From an uncultured Nitrospiraceae bacterium (GTDB lineage: Bacteria; Nitrospirota; Thermodesulfovibrionia; Thermodesulfovibrionales; Dissulfurispiraceae), in the NCBI GenBank assembly GCA_963727805.1, contig CAVSHF010000005.1:256001-320000 (forward strand): a stretch of DNA of 64,000 bases, read 5' to 3'. Below the pieces are notes generated by a model. It ran no database searches. It was not told the origin of the DNA and saw only the letters and a program-made list of their open reading frames with translations. Position numbers and translations under genes: made by a program. This document shows positions 57,330-64,000 of the stretch, one piece after another; the stretch's first letter is position 1; every line of letters begins with the position of its first letter.

Positions 57330-58777
57330 AGCTCCATCACCATCCTCTTGAACTGTCTCCCCCTGTCCTCATAATCCATGAACATGTCAAAGCTTGCGCA
57401 GGCCGGAGATAGGAGCACTACGTCTCCAGGTGCGGCAGCATCCTTGGCCTTTGAAACGGCTTCCTTGAAATCATGGCCTGCCATGATACACTCGGTTACG
57501 TCGCAGAGCGCTTGGCCGATCTTATTCGATGCCTCACCCACGAGGACAAGCCGCTTTACTCTCGCCTTAATAAGAGGCCTCATCAGAGAGAAATCGCTGT
57601 CCTTGTCCCGTCCTCCTGCTATCAGTATCACCGGATCTGTAAACCCCTCCAGAGATTTTAGCACTGCACCGACATTCGTCCCTTTTGAGTCATTGATGTA
57701 CCTGACACCGTCAAGCTCGCGTACAAACTCAAGACGGTGCTCGAGACCGGGAAATGTCACAAGCGCATTCTTTATGCCCTCGATGCTACAACTGGCAAGA
57801 TAGGCCATAAGCGCCGCGACCATGGCATTTTCGACATTATGTACGCCCTTGATCCTGAATGATCCTGGATCAATAGTCGTTGATGCAGCTGGCTGCACAA
57901 GCCCGCTCTCAAGCCTTCGAAGTTTTTCGCCTGAGAGGTTAAAGCGAATCAATCCGTTTTCATAATAGATGCCGTCCACCTCGCCCTTTCTGCTGAAATA
58001 GAAGATAGTTGGTCTTTGTTTTTGAAATCCGATAATCTCTAGCACGTCAGGCGTAGATGGATCGTCAGCATTTAGGACCAGGAAGTCCGATGTATCCTGA
58101 TTGAACGATATCCTACACTTAGCCTTCACATACGCATCCATCTTATGATAACGATCAAGGTGGTCCGGTGTGACATTCAGAATGGTCGCGCCCTTGGGCC
58201 TGAAGCTCTCTACGGTTTCCAGCTGAAAACTCGACAATTCGGCAACGATATAACGTGCAGCCGTCTCTTTCCTGAGCTTCATGGCATCGAGTAATTCAGC
58301 CGCAAGAGAATTTCCGATGTTGCCGCCGAGGATTGTTTCTATCCCAGCGATCCTGAGCATTTCGTTGAGGAGTGCCGTCGTCGTAGATTTTCCGTTTGTT
58401 CCGGTAACAGCAAGAAATTCAGGACTTGCATTGATTGAGTTAACAGCCCCTGAATGGAGCGACTGAAAAGCCAGTTCGAGTTCGCCGATGATTTTGATTC
58501 CTTTGCGACGCGCAACGACCAAGGGTCCGATATCGGAAGGAACGCCGGGGCTTATAACGATTAGGTCTGCGTATTCAAATAGTTCAAGAGGATGATTTCC
58601 GAGGGCCAGTGAAACCCTGGGATCAAGAGCCTTTATGAATTTCTCGAGGAGTTGCGGGCCCTTGGTGTCGGTAACTGTAACCTTTGCCCCCAAAAAGGCG
58701 AGAAGGTTCGCCGCACCGACGCCGCTCCTCGCAAGACCCACTACGATGATTTTCTTTTCATAAAAAGCCGTCCCCAT
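57326..58777 (-). CDS. murD: UDP-MurNAc-L-Ala-D-glutamate ligase
   Basis: GTNGKSTT, ELSSFQL, DHLDR, NDSKGTN, SPACASFD. Confidence 0.96.
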   Translation of the reverse strand: MGTAFYEKKIIVVGLARSGVGAANLLAFLGAKVTVTDTKGPQLLEKFIKALDPRVSLALGNHPLELFEYADLIVISPGVPSDIGPLVVARRKGIKIIGELELAFQSLHSGAVNSINASPEFLAVTGTNGKSTTTALLNEMLRIAGIETILGGNIGNSLAAELLDAMKLRKETAARYIVAELSSFQLETVESFRPKGATILNVTPDHLDRYHKMDAYVKAKCRISFNQDTSDFLVLNADDPSTPDVLEIIGFQKQRPTIFYFSRKGEVDGIYYENGLIRFNLSGEKLRRLESGLVQPAASTTIDPGSFRIKGVHNVENAMVAALMAYLASCSIEGIKNALVTFPGLEHRLEFVRELDGVRYINDSKGTNVGAVLKSLEGFTDPVILIAGGRDKDSDFSLMRPLIKARVKRLVLVGEASNKIGQALCDVTECIMAGHDFKEAVSKAKDAAAPGDVVLLSPACASFDMFMDYEDRGRQFKRMVMEL

Positions 58778-58816
58778 TATTGATGGAAATATCTATCTCC
58801 CCTGACTTAATTTTAT

Positions 58817-59911
58817 TTAAGAAATCCCTTTAGCAGCATACCCGTTTTTAGCGCTTACCCCGTTGCTTTTTTTCTTCTTCATTTTCTTTTTAGATGGTTC
58901 GCTTTTCTTTTTCTTTGCTTTCCCATGCTTCGTGTCTTTTTTAGCGGATTTCGACTTTGCTACCTTTGCCACTTTCTGCTTCTTTTTCACGTTCTGGGAA
59001 GCGTAGACGACAGGAGTTTGAGAGAATGAAGTGTAATAGATCTCAGGCTCTCTCTTTTTACTTAGGACATCTTCTCCCAGCGCCAGAAGCGTGGAAGCGT
59101 CATGCCAAAGCTCACTTCGCACCGATTCTCCGAGCACAGCAGCGATTAGTACATTATCGCCTTTCTGCCCAGCGCAAACGAAGCAATGTTTCGCCGCTCT
59201 CGTATAGCCCGTCTTCCCTCCAACCACATCTTCATCGGACCAGAGGAGATGGTTCGTGTTCTTAACTGAGATTTTCCTTCCGCCCTCGGTATAGACCTGC
59301 TGGGCGCGTGTATTTATAATCTCCTTTATCATCGGATAACGGAGAGATTCCTTCATGATAAGGGAAAGATCGTATGCGGTGATATACTGCCCATCGCCGG
59401 GTAATCCGGATGCATTGACATAGCGCGTGTTTTCAGCGCCAATGCTGAGGGCCTTCTCGTTCATGAGTTTCGCAAAAGCCTCTTCGGATCCTGAAACGGA
59501 CTCTGCGAGTGCAACAGCAGCCGAATTGACCGATCTTATCAGGGCGATATTCAGGAGGTCCTTGATTTTCAGCTTCTCACCGGTCCTCAGATGCGGAGAA
59601 ACTGAAGGGGTTCTTGCCGCCTCTTCGCTGATCGTAACGACGCTCTCAGGATCCATCCTGTCGAGAACCACCATGGCGGTGACGAGTTTCGTCGTACTTG
59701 CGGGGAAGAGTTTTACATTCGGGTTTTTAGCGTAGAGAATATTTCCGCTCGCACCCTCGATAACAACGGCAGCCCGTGCACTAACATCATCGGCATACGA
59801 AGTAAGAAGCGAGAAGTGAAAAACGAGAAGTAAAAATAGAGCGGCAATTACTATTTTACGTATATTCACGTTGAACATCGAGCTTTGGACATTTCTTTTA
59901 ATCATAGCCAT
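58817..59911 (-). CDS. D-alanyl-D-alanine carboxypeptidase (peptidase S11) with a Lys-rich tail
   Basis: PASTTK (SxxK), SVN (SxN), KTG; likely start at 59911 overlapping the mraY stop. Confidence 0.9.
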   Translation of the reverse strand: MAMIKRNVQSSMFNVNIRKIVIAALFLLLVFHFSLLTSYADDVSARAAVVIEGASGNILYAKNPNVKLFPASTTKLVTAMVVLDRMDPESVVTISEEAARTPSVSPHLRTGEKLKIKDLLNIALIRSVNSAAVALAESVSGSEEAFAKLMNEKALSIGAENTRYVNASGLPGDGQYITAYDLSLIMKESLRYPMIKEIINTRAQQVYTEGGRKISVKNTNHLLWSDEDVVGGKTGYTRAAKHCFVCAGQKGDNVLIAAVLGESVRSELWHDASTLLALGEDVLSKKREPEIYYTSFSQTPVVYASQNVKKKQKVAKVAKSKSAKKDTKHGKAKKKKSEPSKKKMKKKKSNGVSAKNGYAAKGIS

Positions 59912-60993
59912 TACCTCAATTTTAATGTTGCGAGACTGAAAAGTGCAAGGATTATCCCGGCGATCCAGAATCTCACGATCACTTTCGGCTCGGACCAACC
60001 CTTCAGTTCGAAATGGTGATGAATCGGTGCCATCCTGAAAATCCGGTTGCCGGTCAGCTTGAAAGAAGCTACTTGGAGCAGTACCGAGATCGTCTCGATA
60101 ACAAAAATACCGCCCACGACAGCCAGCACAAGTTCATGTTTGGTCACAACTGCAAGTGTACCGAGCGAACCACCAAGGCTCAGAGACCCGACGTCACCCA
60201 TAAAGACCTCGGCTGGATAGGAGTTATACCACAGGAAACCCAGTGAAGCCCCGAGCAGCGCACCGCAGAAAACGGTCAATTCTCCAGTCCCAGGAAGGTA
60301 GAACACCTGAAGATAGCGTGCGAATTGGACATTTCCCGAAATATAGACGAGGGCGCCATTGGCAAGTGCGGCAATGGCCACAAGGCCTATGGCAAGTCCG
60401 TCGATACCGTCGGTAAGATTTACTGCATTTGACGAGCCGACGATGACAAATATGGAAAAAGGGATATAGAATATGCCGAGGTCGAAGAGCCATCTCTTGA
60501 AGAAAGGTATGCTCAGCACCGACGCATACTGGTCCTTCGGGTTGATATACAGGAATACGCCGATGACAAGGGCAAGGGCAAGCTGGGCTCCGAACTTGTA
60601 AAGCGCCCTCAACCCTTTCGGATTCTTCTTGACAGCCTTGAGATAGTCGTCGATGAATCCTATAGCACCGAACCCAAGCAGAGAGACAACGACAACCCAC
60701 ACATAGACGTTTCTGAAATTTCCCCAAAGGGTCATTGCGCTCATTACAGCAGCGATTATGATAATGCCTCCCATAGTGGGGGTTCCCGCTTTGGAAAGGT
60801 GGGTCTTCGGCCCGTCGTCCCTGATCTGCTGCGTCATGCTAATCTTCTTCAGCCACTTGATTACATGAGGCGCTATAACGAGCGAGATAACCAATGCGGT
60901 CATGGCCGCCAGAGATGTCCTGAAGGTTATATATCTAAAAACGTTAAATGGAGAAAAATATGGAGAAAGACTGTAAAGTAATTCGTAAAGCAC
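59911..60993 (-). CDS. mraY: Phospho-N-acetylmuramoyl-pentapeptide transferase
   Basis: TPTMGG, NAVNLTDG.DGL, FMGD.GS, MAPIHHHFE. Confidence 0.97.
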   Translation of the reverse strand: MLYELLYSLSPYFSPFNVFRYITFRTSLAAMTALVISLVIAPHVIKWLKKISMTQQIRDDGPKTHLSKAGTPTMGGIIIIAAVMSAMTLWGNFRNVYVWVVVVSLLGFGAIGFIDDYLKAVKKNPKGLRALYKFGAQLALALVIGVFLYINPKDQYASVLSIPFFKRWLFDLGIFYIPFSIFVIVGSSNAVNLTDGIDGLAIGLVAIAALANGALVYISGNVQFARYLQVFYLPGTGELTVFCGALLGASLGFLWYNSYPAEVFMGDVGSLSLGGSLGTLAVVTKHELVLAVVGGIFVIETISVLLQVASFKLTGNRIFRMAPIHHHFELKGWSEPKVIVRFWIAGIILALFSLATLKLR

Positions 60994-60995
60994 GG

Positions 60996-62432
60996 CTAGT
61001 TTCTCCCTTCCGCCGTCATGGGAAAAGGATTCCCACTCGCATGTCCGTCTTTGCCTCTATTTATCACTTCCATAGCCTTTTCCATCTTCATGCCGCGCGA
61101 ACCTTTAATGAGGACGACATCGCGCTCCCTGATGAGAAAAGCAAGATTATCTCCTGCCTCTTCGGCAGTATCCATAGCGATTCCCGGTCTGCCGCTTTTG
61201 CTGAATTGAGAAACCGCCCTGGCCATAAGCGGGCCAACCCCAATGAACAGATCGATCTTGAGTTCGGACAGCATTTCTCCAAGTGCCTCGTGAGCCGCGA
61301 TGCCATAATCACCAAGTTCAAGCATATCTCCAAGGACCGCGACAGCCCTGCCTTGCCCAGTCTTGTCAATCCGGCCGGCCGTCCTCATAAGTTCATGTAT
61401 CGATGCCTTCATCGACGACGGGTTTGCATTATAAACGTCATATAAATAGGTGACACCTCCCAGCCGTCTAATCTCAAAGCGCATCTTTACACCACCGAAT
61501 GCTTCGAGTCCCTCCTTTATTTTATCAAGTCCAACCCCGAGGGTGTGTGCTGCAGCGCACGCTGCAAGGGAATTATAGATATTGAAGCTGCCTGAGAGCT
61601 TCGACTCCACCCGTATCGATGCACCTGAAATGCACAGAACGAATTGATAGCCGTCTTCGGAAACTACGATCTCCCGGGCCGTTACATTGCACTCTTCATT
61701 ATCGATCCCGAAAGTGATTATCTGACCTCTGAAACTCAGCGAGACGCCTTTGATGAGAAAATCGTCGTCGCCGTTGATCACCATCTTATTCACGTGGGGC
61801 AGTATTTCGAGTTCAGCATCCCTGACCGCATCCAGAGAGCCGAACCCCTCAAGGTGCTCCATCCCTATATTGGTGACAACACCGGTATCCGGTGAGGCAA
61901 TCTTGCATAGCAGGTCTATATCACCCGGCCTGTTCGTGCCCATTTCGAGGACCATAATATCGGTCTTATCAGAAACCTTCGTCATGGAAAGCGGCATTCC
62001 CACATGATTATTGAGATTGCCCTCCGTCTTGAGAATGTTGAATTGGGTCCCGAGAATAGATGAGATGAGTTCCTTTGTCGTCGTCTTTCCGTTGCTGCCG
62101 ATAATGGCGAGGACAGGCCCCTTGAACCTCGTTCTGATGTTCTGGGCAATATGGTGAAGTGCCTGCAGCGTATCTTCAACAACAATAACGGTCTTGCCCT
62201 TAATTGATGGAGAATGGGAATAAACCGACTGACGGCTTACGATTGCACCCGAGCCAACCCGGAGAGCCGCCTCAATATAATCGTGTCCGTCAAACCGTTC
62301 GCCTTTAAGCGCAAGAAATAATTCACCCTCATTTATTGTCCTCGAGTCTATGGATATATCGACCGACTGCCTACGCCCCTCTGAGACGAGCGTGCCACCC
62401 GTGGCTTCGAGAATGTCTTTTATCTTAAGCAT
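60996..62432 (-). CDS. murF: UDP-MurNAc-tripeptide-D-Ala-D-Ala ligase
   Basis: DSR, GSNGKTTTKE, D.YNANP.S, LGDMLELG, KGSRG. Confidence 0.95.
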   Translation of the reverse strand: MLKIKDILEATGGTLVSEGRRQSVDISIDSRTINEGELFLALKGERFDGHDYIEAALRVGSGAIVSRQSVYSHSPSIKGKTVIVVEDTLQALHHIAQNIRTRFKGPVLAIIGSNGKTTTKELISSILGTQFNILKTEGNLNNHVGMPLSMTKVSDKTDIMVLEMGTNRPGDIDLLCKIASPDTGVVTNIGMEHLEGFGSLDAVRDAELEILPHVNKMVINGDDDFLIKGVSLSFRGQIITFGIDNEECNVTAREIVVSEDGYQFVLCISGASIRVESKLSGSFNIYNSLAACAAAHTLGVGLDKIKEGLEAFGGVKMRFEIRRLGGVTYLYDVYNANPSSMKASIHELMRTAGRIDKTGQGRAVAVLGDMLELGDYGIAAHEALGEMLSELKIDLFIGVGPLMARAVSQFSKSGRPGIAMDTAEEAGDNLAFLIRERDVVLIKGSRGMKMEKAMEVINRGKDGHASGNPFPMTAEGRN

Positions 62433-64000
62433 TGCGCTGCTCCCGCGTTACGTTTTTTCGCCCTGCCTCGCTTGCTGACGACAGTGGTCTCGACGATTGC
62501 TTCCTGAAGGACCTTTCTGTCGCTAAAAGGATGCTTGACCCCCTCGATCTCCTGATAATCCTCGTGACCCTTACCGGCGATGACAACAATATCACCCGGC
62601 GATGCCAGCAATACCGCCATCCTTATGGCAGTGCGGCGGTCTGAGATTACGATATAATTATCTTTTCCCATCTCCGCTTCTATATCCTCAATAATGATGG
62701 CGGGGTCTTCATTCCTCGGGTTATCTGAGGTAATGATAACGAAATCGCTCAACTGAGAAGCGATGCAGCCCATTTTTGGCCGTTTGCCCCTGTCTCTGTT
62801 TCCCCCGCATCCAAAAACAGAAATAATTTTCCCCCGCGACGGAGTATTCGCTGCTGTTCCGTCGGAGAGACAGTCATCCAAAAGCTGCCGCGCTGTCGCT
62901 AAAAGTCTTTCAAGAGCGTCATCGGTATGGGCATAGTCGACGACTGCCAGAAAAGGCTGGCCGAGATCGACACGTTCGAACCTTCCACTGACCAAAGAAA
63001 GTTCGGCAATCCCATCCTTGATGACTTCCATCGGAACTTTAAGGGGAAGCACCGCACAGACGGCGGCTAGAATGTTGTAGATGCTCGTTTGCCCTACAAG
63101 AGGTGTAATAAGATCCAAGCAGAAAGGCCAGTCTTTCATTTTGAGGTTGAACGAAGTACCCCTAAATGTCGATCTAACGTCTATTACTGTGACATCGGCT
63201 TTCTGATCGAACAGGGCAAATGTTATCTGCCTCACTGATGGCCTCTGTTCTCTGAGAATTGTTGAGAGCTTCTGACCGTAAGGATCGTCAACGTTTATAA
63301 CAGCAGTGCCGTCTTCGCTTAAAAGATCGAGGAAGAGACCTTTCTTGACGTTGAAATAATCCTCCATCGTTCCATGGAAGTCGAGATGGTCCCTCGTAAG
63401 GTTAGAGAAGACAGCAATCTTAAATTGTGTAAAGTCCGTTCTTTTTTGAGCTATGGCGTGGGAAGAGACTTCGGCGACGACATAATCACATTTTTTATCG
63501 GCCATTTCTCGCAAAAGGCGCTGGAAGTCGCTCGCTTCGGGCGTCGTGTGCGGGGCCTCAAACGAGTCATCCCTTATCATATATCTGATGGTTCCAATTA
63601 AACCTACACCTTTACCCCACTTTTCGAGTACAGATTTAATGAGGTAGCTCGTGGTCGTCTTTCCGTTTGTGCCGGTAATACCGATCATTCCCAACTCTTC
63701 AGATGGGTTACCATAAAACGCACTTGAAAACGCCGCAAGAGCACCCCTGCAATCATTCACCCTAATCCATGCGACTGCTGGATATTTCCCGATAAAGCCG
63801 GTCAGTTTCGGATGCCCTTTCTCGCAAACTACGGCTATCGCACCCTTGGCAATAGCACCCTCGATGAAATTGTGACCGTCGGTCGTCTGCCCCTTTATGG
63901 CAACAAAGATAAACCCTGCTTTAACGACCCTGGAATCATATGTGATCCCCCTTATCTCCTTTTGATCGTCTCCTATCAAGAAGTGATCATATTTAAGAAT
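62420..64000 (-). CDS. murE: UDP-MurNAc-dipeptide-meso-DAP ligase (5' end beyond window)
   Basis: GTNGKTT, DYAHT, FGCGG.RD, DNPR (meso-DAP specificity), GKGHE.YQ; frame open to the window edge. Confidence 0.95.
   Translation of the reverse strand: MLKYDHFLIGDDQKEIRGITYDSRVVKAGFIFVAIKGQTTDGHNFIEGAIAKGAIAVVCEKGHPKLTGFIGKYPAVAWIRVNDCRGALAAFSSAFYGNPSEELGMIGITGTNGKTTTSYLIKSVLEKWGKGVGLIGTIRYMIRDDSFEAPHTTPEASDFQRLLREMADKKCDYVVAEVSSHAIAQKRTDFTQFKIAVFSNLTRDHLDFHGTMEDYFNVKKGLFLDLLSEDGTAVINVDDPYGQKLSTILREQRPSVRQITFALFDQKADVTVIDVRSTFRGTSFNLKMKDWPFCLDLITPLVGQTSIYNILAAVCAVLPLKVPMEVIKDGIAELSLVSGRFERVDLGQPFLAVVDYAHTDDALERLLATARQLLDDCLSDGTAANTPSRGKIISVFGCGGNRDRGKRPKMGCIASQLSDFVIITSDNPRNEDPAIIIEDIEAEMGKDNYIVISDRRTAIRMAVLLASPGDIVVIAGKGHEDYQEIEGVKHPFSDRKVLQEAIVETTVVSKRGRAKKRNAGAAQCLR

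Overview
Chromosomal window from an anaerobic Gram-negative bacterium. Gene content and protein style suggest Nitrospirota (Thermodesulfovibrionia-like) or a deltaproteobacterium-like lineage; this is an inference and was not searched. From 1 to 26.6 kb is an accessory redox and envelope patchwork: an Rrf2 / heme-c beta-propeller / ABC / TPR unit, tpx-sod-DsrC-like genes, cytochromes c, a MacAB-like exporter, a radical SAM-HhH protein, a 2-oxoacid:ferredoxin oxidoreductase, a sigma54-driven diguanylate cyclase, a Crp/Fnr (HcpR-like) regulator with two visible binding boxes, tRNA-Leu(TAG), an IS110 remnant, an L,D-transpeptidase / Lpp-like / YafK-like trio, and an MFS gene between 33-bp direct repeats. 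From 26.8 to 37 kb is a core block (gmhA, ruvCAB, queH, spoIID-like, queA, SPOR, phoH, HD, ybeY, dgkA). From 37.2 to 47 kb is an inserted biosynthetic cluster whose function I cannot assign: tatA, HAD phosphatase, class III aminotransferase, two ArnE/F-like small transporters, a Cys-nucleophile alpha/beta hydrolase, a DegT-like PLP enzyme, a GNAT, an arginase-fold protein and a sigma54 two-component system. From 47.3 to 64 kb are a radical SAM gene and the dcw cluster (murE to ftsZ), which has a DD-carboxypeptidase inserted, no murB, and an 18 x 12-bp tandem repeat in the FtsZ linker. The best candidates for undescribed systems are the 37-47 kb cluster, the His/Cys-crowned heme-c beta-propeller operon, and the Lpp attach/detach module with expanded coiled coils. 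All calls come from motif recognition by eye; no database searches were run.
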